From: a virus
Lineage: Duplodnaviria > Caudoviricetes
DNA: 36,779 bases
Direction: 5' to 3' (one strand)
Virus record (IMG/VR): IMGVR_UViG_3300043420_000100
Span: 1-36,779 of that record
Shown here: positions 8,386 to 18,140 of the stretch, piece after piece
How the letters are laid out: each line of letters begins with the position of its first letter
Numbering within the stretch: position 1 is the first letter of the stretch
The notes under the pieces: model-generated
What the model was told of the DNA's origin: nothing
Seen by the model: only the letters and a program-made list of their open reading frames with translations
The model's database searches: none
Made by a program: the position numbers and the translations under genes

Positions 8386-9920
8386 TGGCTAAACCACTAC
8401 AGTCAGCGTCTATTGCAGCTCCGGGATTCTTCGGACTCAATACGCAGGAGAGTTCAATCACTCTTGCTGCTGGCTTTGCGTTGCAAGCAGACAACTGTGT
8501 TATAGATAAATACGGTCGTCTTGGTGCACGTAAAGGTTGGCAGTTACTAACAGAGAATAACACAGGTGTTAACCTCAAAGGTGCACATGAGTTTATTGAC
8601 ATCAACGGTACACGTTACTTTGGTTGTTGGTCTGATACTGACTTCTACATCTCTCAGGGATCTGTGCTTACACAGGTAACATATTCTGGTAATAACAACG
8701 TTACTACTGATGGATGGCAAGCTGCTACACTTAATGATGCAGCGTACTTATTTAATCGTGACTACACTCCTATCTACTTCTCACCTACTTCAGGTGTGCT
8801 AGATGATATTACAAACGTAGCATCAAACGTAAATAAGTTTGTACCACAAGCTAACACCGTACTTTCAGCTTATGGTCGTCTATGGGCAGCAGATACAACA
8901 GATAATAAAACAACTGTATACTGGTCTGACCTACTAGATGGTGTTACTTGGGAAGACGGTACTGCTGGTAGTATTGATCTATCATCTGTACTGATCAAGG
9001 GTAACGATGAGATTGTTGCATTAGGTGCACACGCTGGTCGTTTGATTATATTCTGTAAGAACAACGTAGTTATCTACGGTGCTCCAGATAGCAGTAATAC
9101 ACTTGATCCTTCTACTATGAAACTGGTAGAGGTTATCAATGGTATTGGCTGTATCTCACGCGACACAGTTCAGAACACAGGTGTAGATATTCTATTCCTA
9201 GCACGTGATGGCCTACGTTCACTTGGTCGTTTGATCCAAGAGAAGAGTCAGCCACTACGCGACTTATCTAAGAACGTCCGTGATGATCTAGTACGCGATG
9301 TTATGAATACAGATGAGACTGAGATTAGATCAGTATACTCACCTAGTGAAGCATTTTATCTGTTGTTGATTCCAGAGTATAAACGTATCTATTGTTTTGA
9401 TACACGCTCAATGCTAGAAGATGGCTCAGCACGTGTGACGTTGTGGGATAACCAGACGCATACGAATATGATTGAAGCTAACAATACGCTGTATTTTACT
9501 ACAGCTGATGGTATTGCACGTCATTACGGCTACTCAGATAACGGCACTAACTACACTATTAAATACTACACCAACTACTTTGACTTTGGTGACTCAACCA
9601 AACAGAAGTTCTTGAAGCGTCTATCAACTACATTGATTGGTGGTTCAGGTCAGGACTTCGTATTGAAGGTTGGTTATGATTATGACGATAGTTACCGCTC
9701 ATTCCCTATTAGTATTGCTACTCAGGAGAATGCTGAATATGGTGTCGCGGAGTACAACACTACTGCTGAATACACAGTAGGTACGTTGTCTGACACTGTA
9801 CGTGCTCCTGTAGGCGGTTCAGGTGGTGTACTGCAGGTAGGGTTTGAAGCAACAATTGAAGGGAGTCAGCTATCTATTCAGAAGCTGGACATCTACATTA
9901 AAGAAGGCAGGGTATATTAA
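8385..9920 (+). CDS. Tail tubular protein B / nozzle (T7 gp12 or P22 gp10-like)
   Basis: GLN near the N-terminus, beta-rich, GIGCISRDTVQ motif; follows the adaptor gene. Confidence 0.8.
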   Translation: MAKPLQSASIAAPGFFGLNTQESSITLAAGFALQADNCVIDKYGRLGARKGWQLLTENNTGVNLKGAHEFIDINGTRYFGCWSDTDFYISQGSVLTQVTYSGNNNVTTDGWQAATLNDAAYLFNRDYTPIYFSPTSGVLDDITNVASNVNKFVPQANTVLSAYGRLWAADTTDNKTTVYWSDLLDGVTWEDGTAGSIDLSSVLIKGNDEIVALGAHAGRLIIFCKNNVVIYGAPDSSNTLDPSTMKLVEVINGIGCISRDTVQNTGVDILFLARDGLRSLGRLIQEKSQPLRDLSKNVRDDLVRDVMNTDETEIRSVYSPSEAFYLLLIPEYKRIYCFDTRSMLEDGSARVTLWDNQTHTNMIEANNTLYFTTADGIARHYGYSDNGTNYTIKYYTNYFDFGDSTKQKFLKRLSTTLIGGSGQDFVLKVGYDYDDSYRSFPISIATQENAEYGVAEYNTTAEYTVGTLSDTVRAPVGGSGGVLQVGFEATIEGSQLSIQKLDIYIKEGRVY

Positions 9921-10351
9921 TGTCTAACTATACAAAACTAACAGACTTTGCATCTAAGGACAGCTTGCCTTCTGGTAATGCTGCTAAGATTGTTAAAGGT
10001 ACAGAGATTGATGATGAGTTTGAAGCCATTGAAACGGCTATAGCAACTAAAGCAAACATTGATAGCCCAGCGTTATCGGGTACGCCTACTGCTCCTACAG
10101 CTACGGCTGGTACTAACACAACTCAGATTGCTACTACTGCTTTTGCTACTACTGCTGCAACTAACGCAGCTAATACAGCAGTAAGTGGTATCAACGTAAC
10201 CTCTACAACTGTAACCCTAGACACTAACTGGGTGATTGAAGCAAGCGGTACGAAGTTAACATTCAAGTACAGTGGTACTGCTGTAGGCTCTTTAGATAGC
10301 AGCGGTAACTTCATTGCTCTTGGTAACGTAACGGCTTACGGTACTCCATAA
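9920..10351 (+). CDS. Short tail fibre / needle protein
   Basis: SPALSGTPTAPTATAGTNTTQIATTAF fibre motif and C-terminal GNFIALGNVTAY. Confidence 0.7.
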   Translation: MSNYTKLTDFASKDSLPSGNAAKIVKGTEIDDEFEAIETAIATKANIDSPALSGTPTAPTATAGTNTTQIATTAFATTAATNAANTAVSGINVTSTTVTLDTNWVIEASGTKLTFKYSGTAVGSLDSSGNFIALGNVTAYGTP

Positions 10352-11079
10352 TGACTTTACAAGCTACTGGTGCAATCTCTCTTGCAGATGTTGCAGGGGA
10401 GTTTGGAGGAACAGCTCCTCATTCGATGGATGAGTATTATGGTGTTGCTGGTGGTATCCCTACTAGCGGCACTATTGCTCTTGATGATTTTTATGGAACT
10501 ACTGCTGCGGCTTCTCTAACCTTTCTAGGTACAGATGAGAGCACAGGATATACAGTAGACGGTCCTGGAGTTATTGTAGTGTCGGGAGACCGTGTAGGTA
10601 CTACGTCTTACCCAACATTAACTTCACTTACTATTGACGGAAGTGACGAACTAAGCAGTATAACAACTCTAACGCTTGGTGGTAACGATAACCGACTTGG
10701 TACTGAAACTAAACACGTAACGGCTATATACGCTATCTTTGCTGTACCTGCTGGTCAGCACACAGTGGTGTGTGGTAGCAGTAACGCATCGTGTTATCAG
10801 TACTTTATTGCTAACGGTAATATGTCTAACTACAGTACAGCATCTGGTCTACAGACTCAGAACATCACTGTACCTGCAGGGTTTGCATTAATTACTGCAG
10901 CATCAGGTGAGAAGAACGAAGCACTTGGTACTCCTAACTCACCAATGGTGGTGGATTACTTTGAATCAGCAGCGTCATCTTGCCTTGCTCACTTAGGTGT
11001 ATCTGACGTAGAGCAAACAGGTCATATCCGTACAACAAGCTATGCAGGACGTGGTGGTTACGTCTTGATCGGTAACTAG
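10351..11079 (+). CDS. Putative fibre-tip adhesin
   Basis: N-terminal SGAISL..V..EFG...P.SM.EYY-type attachment module followed by a beta-rich domain. Coupled to the short fibre gene. Confidence 0.55.
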   Translation: MTLQATGAISLADVAGEFGGTAPHSMDEYYGVAGGIPTSGTIALDDFYGTTAAASLTFLGTDESTGYTVDGPGVIVVSGDRVGTTSYPTLTSLTIDGSDELSSITTLTLGGNDNRLGTETKHVTAIYAIFAVPAGQHTVVCGSSNASCYQYFIANGNMSNYSTASGLQTQNITVPAGFALITAASGEKNEALGTPNSPMVVDYFESAASSCLAHLGVSDVEQTGHIRTTSYAGRGGYVLIGN

Positions 11080-11091
11080 AGGAATTAAATA

Positions 11092-11862
11092 ATGGATTGG
11101 ACAAGTTTAATCGGAACTGGTCTTGGACTGCTAGGTCAGTCATCTGCTAATAAGGCAGCTTCTCAGGCAGCAGCAGCTCAGCTAGAAGCAGCTAAGATTG
11201 CAGCAGACGCAGCAGCATTTAAACCATACAGCGTAACAACTGGTCTTGGTACATCATACTTCAATGCTGACGATAAGACAGCAGGATACACACTAGATCC
11301 TGCACTACAAGCATGGCGTGATCAGTACATGACGATGGCAGCTCAGGCTATGCCTACGTCTATGGACACTACTGCTAATGCTCAGCAATATTACAATGAA
11401 ATGCAGAACATGATGGCCCCTTCTCGTCAGGCAGAAAACCTAGCTATGCAGCAGGATTTGTTTGGCTCAGGTCGTCTTGGTATGCGTATGGCCGGTGCAG
11501 GTGCTGGCGCAGGTACTGGTATGGTTCAGCCTGATGTATTTGGTTTGAATCAGTCACGTGCTCTAGCTGATCAAGCTCTTGCACAGCAAGCACGTAGTCA
11601 GGCACAGACAGAACTTGATCAATCAATTGCACGTGGTACTGGTTTGTTCCAGACTGGTGTAGGTACTGAGCAGCTTGGTCTAACTCCTCTTGAACTAGGT
11701 GCTACCTTTGGTGGTTACGGCTCTACTGCTGGTGCTAATCAGGCTAATGCTTTAATGGCTGGCGGTCTAGGTGCAGCTCAGGCTAACCTTGCAGCAGGTC
11801 TTGGTACTTCTAACATGATGGGTCAGCTTGGTCTTGGCCTAATGAAATACAACGCGAAGTAA
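11092..11862 (+). CDS. Internal virion / DNA ejection protein
   Basis: Gly/Ala/Gln-rich with a hydrophobic Gly-rich N-terminus; position after the tail genes. Confidence 0.7.
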   Translation: MDWTSLIGTGLGLLGQSSANKAASQAAAAQLEAAKIAADAAAFKPYSVTTGLGTSYFNADDKTAGYTLDPALQAWRDQYMTMAAQAMPTSMDTTANAQQYYNEMQNMMAPSRQAENLAMQQDLFGSGRLGMRMAGAGAGAGTGMVQPDVFGLNQSRALADQALAQQARSQAQTELDQSIARGTGLFQTGVGTEQLGLTPLELGATFGGYGSTAGANQANALMAGGLGAAQANLAAGLGTSNMMGQLGLGLMKYNAK

Positions 11863-11872
11863 GGGGTAACAA

Positions 11873-12637
11873 ATGGCTATTGATTACGCAGGTTTATTTA
11901 CGACCCCAGCAGAACTTCAGAGCGCACGTATTGATGAGCTGATGAAACAACGTCAGGCTATTGGCGCAATGGGCGGCTCTATGTCTGGACTGCTTGGTCA
12001 GGTTGCAGCAGGAGGCGGAGCTACTGGTGCTATGATGGCAGAAGGTCTAGGCGGTATGCTTGGACTTAAGACTCAGCAGGAAGCTGATGCTGCTAAAGTT
12101 CAGGAGATGGCTAAGGTTATTGACTGGAATGCGCCTGAAGATTTGAATCAGTTTGCTATGGCTCTTAATGATATGGGCATGACGAAGCAAGCTGTTCAGA
12201 TTCTTGAAAAGCGTCAGTCAGTTATTAACCAGCAGAATGCTGATGCTGATCGTGCAGAGAAGAAAGCTAAGGGTGACATCCGTCGTCGCAGTGCTACTGT
12301 ACCTGTTCAAGTACCGATCTGGGATACTAAGAAAACTAAGATTGTTGGTTACAAACAGGAGATGCAGACTGTGTCGTGGGATCAGACTTGGAATCCTAGC
12401 ACACAGAAATGGGAGCCTGAAAACCCTCCAGCTAATGCTGGTAAAGCTGACGGTGGCGGTGCAGTGGAAGACTACCCTGCAGTACGTATGCCAGCAGGTG
12501 AAAAGAAAGTTGTTAAAGATCCATTAACAGGTAAAGACGTAACACTAGATACTAATGTTATGGTAAACTCTAAAGAAAAACCTGTACTAGACATGCCTAT
12601 GATTCAAGGGCTACGTAACTGGTGGAACAACCTGTAA
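11873..12637 (+). CDS. Internal virion protein
   Basis: Gly/Met-rich helical N-terminus; lies within the ejection cluster. Confidence 0.65.
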   Translation: MAIDYAGLFTTPAELQSARIDELMKQRQAIGAMGGSMSGLLGQVAAGGGATGAMMAEGLGGMLGLKTQQEADAAKVQEMAKVIDWNAPEDLNQFAMALNDMGMTKQAVQILEKRQSVINQQNADADRAEKKAKGDIRRRSATVPVQVPIWDTKKTKIVGYKQEMQTVSWDQTWNPSTQKWEPENPPANAGKADGGGAVEDYPAVRMPAGEKKVVKDPLTGKDVTLDTNVMVNSKEKPVLDMPMIQGLRNWWNNL

Positions 12638-12655
12638 TTAACCGTTGAGGTAATA

Positions 12656-15600
12656 ATGGAATACGTTAAGATCCCTGCGCCTGCAGGATTAGAAGATGTG
12701 TTCCCAGATGGAATAGAGGTTCGTAAGGATCTCTACGATTCTGGTAATCAAGAAGCACTGAACCAAGCTATCGTCGGACTAGGCGGTGAAGTTATTCCAA
12801 TGTCTGCATGGGACAGACGCGTACAGTTTGCAGAAGGTGCTACGTCTACACTACGTGGTTTAGGTGAAGCTGCTGGTCTTGTTGATCAGAACGTGTCTGA
12901 AGAGATGCGTAACCGAATGATCCGTGAAGGTGACTTAGGTGCTGAAGCTGCATACCTAGCTGGTGCTGCTGCTGAGTTTATCCCTGCTACTGCAATCAAA
13001 GCTATTACACTACCATTCAAGGCTGTAGCTAACCCTGTGGTACGTACTGCATTAGAGTTTGGTGCTATTGGTGGTGCTATTGGCGCAGCTCAGCCAGTCT
13101 ACGAACAGCTTGGTGATGATCGTATTAAGAATACGTTGACAACTGCTGGTCTAAGTACTGCCCTAGGCGGTGCTGTTGGTAAGCTCATGACTATGATGGG
13201 CGCGAAGACTGAAGCTGAGTTTGTTGCTAAGTGGGAACAGGCTACACCTGAGCAGCGTCTTGAGTTGGAGCAGATGGTAGATAATGCCATTCCGCTTGAG
13301 TCACGTGAAGCACAGATGGCACGTTACAGTGCTGACAATGCTGCTGCTGCAGAGGCTGACCTAGCTAAACAAGCAGAAGTAGAAGCAATCAAGAAACAAG
13401 GTGATGCCCTTGCTGCAGAACGTGCACAGGCTGAACTAGGTGCACAGGCAGAGAAAGACTTTGCTGCGAACCTCGCTGAACAGCGTCGATTGACTGACAA
13501 CATGAACCTACGCGACGTTACTAATGAAGTAAACACAGCACGTCAGGTTAAGTACGAAGAAGAGTTGGCTAAGATTAGCAGCGAACTACGTACCAAACGT
13601 CTTAAAGATCTTGAGACTACCATGAAGAGCATCATTGCTCCGAAAGCATCTAAAGAGTACAACGCTGAGGTTAAATCCCTCACTGCTAAGGTTAAGTACT
13701 GGCAGAAACAGTTGGATGATATTGTTGCAGGCCGTCGTAAGACTGGTACGAATGGACGTACTGGTATGCAGGTACGTGAAGAACGTCTGAAAGCTAAGCA
13801 AGACTTAGAAACTATTCAGACAATCCAGCAACGTGCTGCTAAACGTGAAGCTGCAATCAAAGAGTATGTACTGATTAAGCATAAAGGTGAAACTTCACCT
13901 ACGCTACAGGCACAGATCGATAAGGCACACGCAGAAGTACCTAAGCCACGCTTTGATGAACCATCTCAGATTCCTCCACGTCAGGCTGAACCAGCCCCTG
14001 AAGCTGCACCGCTTGACCTGCAGATTCCACAGCAACTACGTGGCAATCCTAATACCCCACGTAATGCAGCAGGTAGTGTCGAGAGTGTTGGTGGTCTACG
14101 TCAACGCGCAGTTAACCGTGCAGACTACGAAGCACAGCAGGCAGCTCAGCAACAAGCCCAGGCTGCACAGCAACAAGCTTATCAGCAGGCGCAGCAAGCT
14201 CGTATGGGCGGCTCAGGCAACGTTCCTCCTACTGGTGGTGCTACCCCACAGGGTGCAGCTAACGTGCCACCACAGGGCGCACAGGCTGCACAGCAAGCTG
14301 CTAAAGATCAGGGTGGATTTGCTGAAGGCTTGGATAAACTACTTGGCTCGGTGTCTACTCGCATTGGTAACATCAGTCAGAAGATCCTAGGCCGTGCACG
14401 TATGCTTGAATACAATATCAGCACGAAGAATGCTGAACACATCAAGCGTATTGAGCCGTTCCTTAAGCATCTAAGTCAGCGTATCCCTGCTAATATGCGT
14501 GAAGACATCGCACTGAAATTATTCAATGGCGATCATGCTGAAGTAATGAAGATGTTACCTGCTGACATGCGTAGAGAATTCTACGAAGTTAAGAAGGTGT
14601 TGGAAGAGTTCAAGACTGAGTTCAAAGACTTGGGTATTGACTTCCACTACATCACTAACTACTTCCCACGACGTGTGAAAGATTATGATGGGTTATTAAA
14701 ACACCTAGGCCGTGAAAAGTCTGGTTTGTTTGATGATGCATTGAAAGTTTACGCGACTAAGAACGGTATGAAGGTAACTGATATACCTGAAGACAAACGT
14801 GCTGACATCTTGGATCAGGTTATTCGTGGTGTGTTCCGTAAGGGTGACACGTCGATTATGCCTAACGCTAAGATGCGTAAGTTTAGTCGTATTACTGATC
14901 CTGAGTTGTTGAAATACTATGATGATCCAGCATCATCACTAGCGTATTACATTCAGAACTCACGCAATGCCATTGAAACAGCTAAGTTCTTTGGGCGTAC
15001 TGGTGTAAGCAGAACCTCTACTGGTGCTGTTGATGCAGAGAAATCAATTGGTCATATGATTGCGAAGGTTGCAGCAGAGACTGGCATTACGCCACAGCAG
15101 CAACGTCAACTTGAGAGCATGCTACGTTCACGCTTCATTCAGGGTGAACAAGCACCTAACAAGTTCTGGTCTACTACACGTGACATTGGTTACATGGGTA
15201 CAATTGGCAACCCAATCTCAGCTCTTACTCAGCTAGGTGATATTGGTGTTTCACTATACCGTAATGGTATTGTTGAGACTATCAGCTCGCTGTTTGGTAA
15301 GAAGAACTACACTGCTGCTGAGATGGGTATTGAGCACACCATTGCACACGAACTACAGAACGAACGCTTATCATCTAAAGCATTGAATAAAATGTTCACT
15401 GCTGTAGGTTTCCGTGCTGTTGATAACCTTGGTAAGTCTACGTTGATGAACGCAGCGATCAAGAAGAATCAAAAGTTAGTACGTACTTCGGCTGGAGAGG
15501 CCAAGTTCCGTGAGCGTTGGAGTGGTATCTTTGGAGATGACATCGACAGTGTAATCACTGACCTTAAGATGGGGAACAAGACAGAGAATACTAAGTTCTT

Positions 15601-16156
15601 AGCATTCAACGAACTGTCTGATGTTCAACCTATCTCATTGTTGGAGATGCCACAGGTTTACCTTGACCATCCAGACGGACGTGTTCTTTACATGCTTAAG
15701 TCTTTCACATTAAAACAGATTGACTTGGTGCGTAGGGATATTGTTCAGGAAGCTGCAAAGGGTAATCTATTTGAAGCAGGTAAGAACGCTTTCCTATTGG
15801 CAAGTTTCCTAGCTGCTGCTGGCGTACCAGTCGGTATCGTTAAAGATTACCTACGTGGTCGTGATGTTGAACTAACACCTGAAGCATTAGCAGATCGTGC
15901 GATGTGGTCTGTGTTGGGTGTGTTTGGTATCAACCAGTACATTACTGATCGTTACCTTTCAAGAGGGGATGTGGTAGGGGCTATTCAGAATACCCTGACA
16001 CCTGCTGCTCCACTGCTAGACTTTGGCGGAGAAGCTGTTAAGCAATTAACTAAAGGTGAACAGGGAGATTTGATGAAATCTCTTGATACTGTCCCGTCAA
16101 TTAAATCAACGCGACAAATCATCAATAACTTCTGGTTAGGTGGAGATGAAGAGTAA
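12656..16156 (+). CDS. Large internal virion / DNA ejection protein
   Basis: 1166 aa, largely helical, with a Gln/Pro linker and NYFPR motif; last large gene of the virion arm. Confidence 0.72.
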   Translation: MEYVKIPAPAGLEDVFPDGIEVRKDLYDSGNQEALNQAIVGLGGEVIPMSAWDRRVQFAEGATSTLRGLGEAAGLVDQNVSEEMRNRMIREGDLGAEAAYLAGAAAEFIPATAIKAITLPFKAVANPVVRTALEFGAIGGAIGAAQPVYEQLGDDRIKNTLTTAGLSTALGGAVGKLMTMMGAKTEAEFVAKWEQATPEQRLELEQMVDNAIPLESREAQMARYSADNAAAAEADLAKQAEVEAIKKQGDALAAERAQAELGAQAEKDFAANLAEQRRLTDNMNLRDVTNEVNTARQVKYEEELAKISSELRTKRLKDLETTMKSIIAPKASKEYNAEVKSLTAKVKYWQKQLDDIVAGRRKTGTNGRTGMQVREERLKAKQDLETIQTIQQRAAKREAAIKEYVLIKHKGETSPTLQAQIDKAHAEVPKPRFDEPSQIPPRQAEPAPEAAPLDLQIPQQLRGNPNTPRNAAGSVESVGGLRQRAVNRADYEAQQAAQQQAQAAQQQAYQQAQQARMGGSGNVPPTGGATPQGAANVPPQGAQAAQQAAKDQGGFAEGLDKLLGSVSTRIGNISQKILGRARMLEYNISTKNAEHIKRIEPFLKHLSQRIPANMREDIALKLFNGDHAEVMKMLPADMRREFYEVKKVLEEFKTEFKDLGIDFHYITNYFPRRVKDYDGLLKHLGREKSGLFDDALKVYATKNGMKVTDIPEDKRADILDQVIRGVFRKGDTSIMPNAKMRKFSRITDPELLKYYDDPASSLAYYIQNSRNAIETAKFFGRTGVSRTSTGAVDAEKSIGHMIAKVAAETGITPQQQRQLESMLRSRFIQGEQAPNKFWSTTRDIGYMGTIGNPISALTQLGDIGVSLYRNGIVETISSLFGKKNYTAAEMGIEHTIAHELQNERLSSKALNKMFTAVGFRAVDNLGKSTLMNAAIKKNQKLVRTSAGEAKFRERWSGIFGDDIDSVITDLKMGNKTENTKFLAFNELSDVQPISLLEMPQVYLDHPDGRVLYMLKSFTLKQIDLVRRDIVQEAAKGNLFEAGKNAFLLASFLAAAGVPVGIVKDYLRGRDVELTPEALADRAMWSVLGVFGINQYITDRYLSRGDVVGAIQNTLTPAAPLLDFGGEAVKQLTKGEQGDLMKSLDTVPSIKSTRQIINNFWLGGDEE

Positions 16157-16452
16157 TGGCTGAGAAAAAGAAAAAGGATAGTAGATTAGAAAGGGCAGGC
16201 GTAGATGGCTACAACAAACCAAAGCGGACACCAAATCACCCAACCAAGTCACACGTTGTGGTGGCGAAGGAAGGAGATCAAATCAAGACGATTAGGTTTG
16301 GAGAGCAAGGAGCTAAGACAGCAGGCAAGCCTAAAGCAGGAGAGTCTGAAGCGATGAAGAAAAAGAGAGCTTCGTTCAAGGCAAGGCATAGAGCCAATAT
16401 AAAGAAAGGCAAAATGAGCGCGGCTTATTGGTCAGATCGAGAAAAGTGGTGA
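16156..16452 (+). CDS. Small basic phage protein, putative nucleic-acid binding
   Basis: K/R-rich; KSHVVVAK...IRFG..G...SFKARH...SAAYW pattern familiar from phage proteins of unknown function. Confidence 0.75.
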   Translation: MAEKKKKDSRLERAGVDGYNKPKRTPNHPTKSHVVVAKEGDQIKTIRFGEQGAKTAGKPKAGESEAMKKKRASFKARHRANIKKGKMSAAYWSDREKW

Positions 16453-16457
16453 GAATA

Positions 16458-16483
16458 GCGGGGCTTACTGCCCCGTTTGTTTT
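16458..16483 (+). terminator. Intrinsic terminator where the two arms converge
   Basis: GCGGGGC-TTACT-GCCCCGT followed by TTGTTTT. Confidence 0.78.
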
Positions 16484-16866
16484 AACTTATATTGTAAAAG
16501 GCGTTCAGCTATTACGTCTAAGTTATCTCCAAGTTTCCCTAGTCCAGTATTACACTCTTTACATAGAGTGCCTCGGTACTTACCTGTATCATGACAGTGA
16601 TCTAGTTGCTTACTCAAAGAAACATCGCAGCCGCAGAAATCGCATTCTGAAGTGGCTTCGTGCCTACGTATATCCTCTTCACTGATAACAGCTCCTCTAT
16701 TCTTCCAGTGACTACGTTTAGCGTGCCCATCTTTCCAGCGTTCAGCGTTATATAGTGATTTAATGTTATCTACATTAGCATGGAAACATACAGCACAGTA
16801 GCCTGACTTACTAGGTCGTTTTACTATCTTGTTACAGCCCCTACATGCGATTGCTGTAGTGCACAT
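16465..16866 (-). CDS. Recombination endonuclease VII family nuclease
   Basis: CDFC...LDHCHDTGKYRGTLCKECNTGLG, plus an N-terminal CxxC...CxxC. Confidence 0.9.
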   Translation of the reverse strand: MCTTAIACRGCNKIVKRPSKSGYCAVCFHANVDNIKSLYNAERWKDGHAKRSHWKNRGAVISEEDIRRHEATSECDFCGCDVSLSKQLDHCHDTGKYRGTLCKECNTGLGKLGDNLDVIAERLLQYKLKQTGQ

Positions 16867-16868
16867 TA

Positions 16869-17039
16869 TTAGTTCCTCTCGTCGTCGTGATAACGAAGTT
16901 CAATCTTTATATTACCAAAGGCTACGTCTTCACAAGCATCCATGTATCCCTCTTCACGTTCTCGCTTGAGTAGCCACCAGAGTAGACCAGCCTGCACTGC
17001 AAGGATAGCACCAGCAGCTTCGTATGTTAGCTGAATCAA
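16869..17039 (-). CDS. Small membrane protein (56 aa, absent from ORF track)
   Basis: TTG start overlapping the upstream TGA, AAGGAGG RBS; MIQLTYEAAGAILAVQAGLLWWLLKRE...HDDERN. Confidence 0.65.
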   Translation of the reverse strand: MIQLTYEAAGAILAVQAGLLWWLLKREREEGYMDACEDVAFGNIKIELRYHDDERN

Positions 17040-17254
17040 TGCAGCCCCTCCTTATTCATAGGACGTGCTGTGATTAAACTATCGCTGATTAGCATAGTTG
17101 ATGTCTGTAAGAAGATGGTATATTCGTGCATCAGTGCAAGCAGATCAGCTGGATCAACAACTTCCTTGAGTGCGTTAAGGAACTCATCTGCACTCCCTTC
17201 CATAGCACCGTATAGTTCAGTTACTACTACGTCAAAGCTACTGTACTCAGCCAT
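17036..17254 (-). CDS. Hypothetical acidic protein
   Basis: MAEYSSF...EGLH. Start reassigned to ATG 17254 to fit operon packing. Confidence 0.65.
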   Translation of the reverse strand: MAEYSSFDVVVTELYGAMEGSADEFLNALKEVVDPADLLALMHEYTIFLQTSTMLISDSLITARPMNKEGLH

Positions 17255-17429
17255 TGTTATCCCTCTTGTGCTTGTTAATCCAATATCCATAGCCCCATTT
17301 GTTACTAGGGTATGAAGACCACGGTCTACGTATGTTTTTAGTGTGGAATCTAGTGACAAGATACACTGTCTGATAGCGTATAGGTTTGAATGCCCCGCTA
17401 GCACGTAGCTTCCAGTATAGTTTAGACAT
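17247..17429 (-). CDS. Hypothetical basic protein
   Basis: MSKLYW...; overlaps both neighbours by 8 nt. Confidence 0.5.
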   Translation of the reverse strand: MSKLYWKLRASGAFKPIRYQTVYLVTRFHTKNIRRPWSSYPSNKWGYGYWINKHKRDNNG

Positions 17430-17610
17430 GAGTGCAGTCCATCTTGTGTTGACCACCTGTAATTCCGCATTGTGGGCAGATGTCGTACAGTCTGTACATA
17501 CGGTCTATGCCTTCTTGTATACCCGCTTCCCATGCCCACTTAGCCATGTACTCTGGAATCTCTGAGCCAATAGCACCTCTTGTACCTTTAAGCCATTCTT
17601 CAAACGTCAT
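17422..17610 (-). CDS. Hypothetical protein with C-terminal CxxC-H-C zinc site
   Basis: MTFEEW...CPQCGITGGQHKMDC. Confidence 0.65.
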   Translation of the reverse strand: MTFEEWLKGTRGAIGSEIPEYMAKWAWEAGIQEGIDRMYRLYDICPQCGITGGQHKMDCTHV

Positions 17611-17782
17611 CCTTATTCTCCATGTAATCCTTCCATACTTGCTCAGGCGTAACACCAGTAGCACCTGCAACGATAGACCAGAGTATACCTTGCTGTGTCA
17701 TGATGATACGCTCTTCTTCAGTTAGGTCGAAGGTGTACGTAGCACTTCCGTCTTCGTGTTCTACTTCGTCAATTACTTTCAT
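17600..17782 (-). CDS. Hypothetical protein
   Basis: 60-aa ORF with an EHEDGSAT motif. Confidence 0.65.
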   Translation of the reverse strand: MKVIDEVEHEDGSATYTFDLTEEERIIMTQQGILWSIVAGATGVTPEQVWKDYMENKDDV

Positions 17783-17821
17783 AGTTTGTATCTCACATTC
17801 TGTTAAATATGATTAACAAAG

Positions 17822-17989
17822 TTATAGTTTACAAGCTCCGCCTGCACAGCCATCGTCTTCATCAAAGTCTACTTCCAGTAGTTCAAGACGTTCAAGTTCA
17901 TTAGCAATAGCACCCATTAGGATGGGACTACCGTTAGCCTCTTCAAGTGCTTCAAAGATTGTAATCAATTCGTCTTTACTCAGTTCCAC
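17822..17989 (-). CDS. Acidic microprotein with an RNR-alpha-like C-terminal CxxxxC tail (55 aa, absent from ORF track)
   Basis: GTG start after AGAGGG; MELSKDELITIFEALEEANGSPILMGAIANELERLELLEVDFDEDDGCAGGACKL. Fills an otherwise empty operon gap. Confidence 0.7.
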   Translation of the reverse strand: MELSKDELITIFEALEEANGSPILMGAIANELERLELLEVDFDEDDGCAGGACKL

Positions 17990-18140
17990 CAGTCTTTCCC
18001 TCTATCAATACGCTGGCCTGATTAGGCTTCAGCTTCCACTTGCTATATTTTTTACAGTCCGGACAGATCATCCGATCAATAGAAGATAGTAGGATCATAG
18101 ACCCTACGTATCCACAATGTTTACACGTTCTATTCTTCAT
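17976..18140 (-). CDS. Small zinc-ribbon protein
   Basis: CKHC...CPDC. Confidence 0.62.
   Translation of the reverse strand: MKNRTCKHCGYVGSMILLSSIDRMICPDCKKYSKWKLKPNQASVLIEGKTGGTE

Noticed and set aside
17255-17539. N-terminal extension of the 167-aa ORF 17036-17539
   Set aside because: Overlaps two better-packed same-strand genes; the real start is likely 17254.
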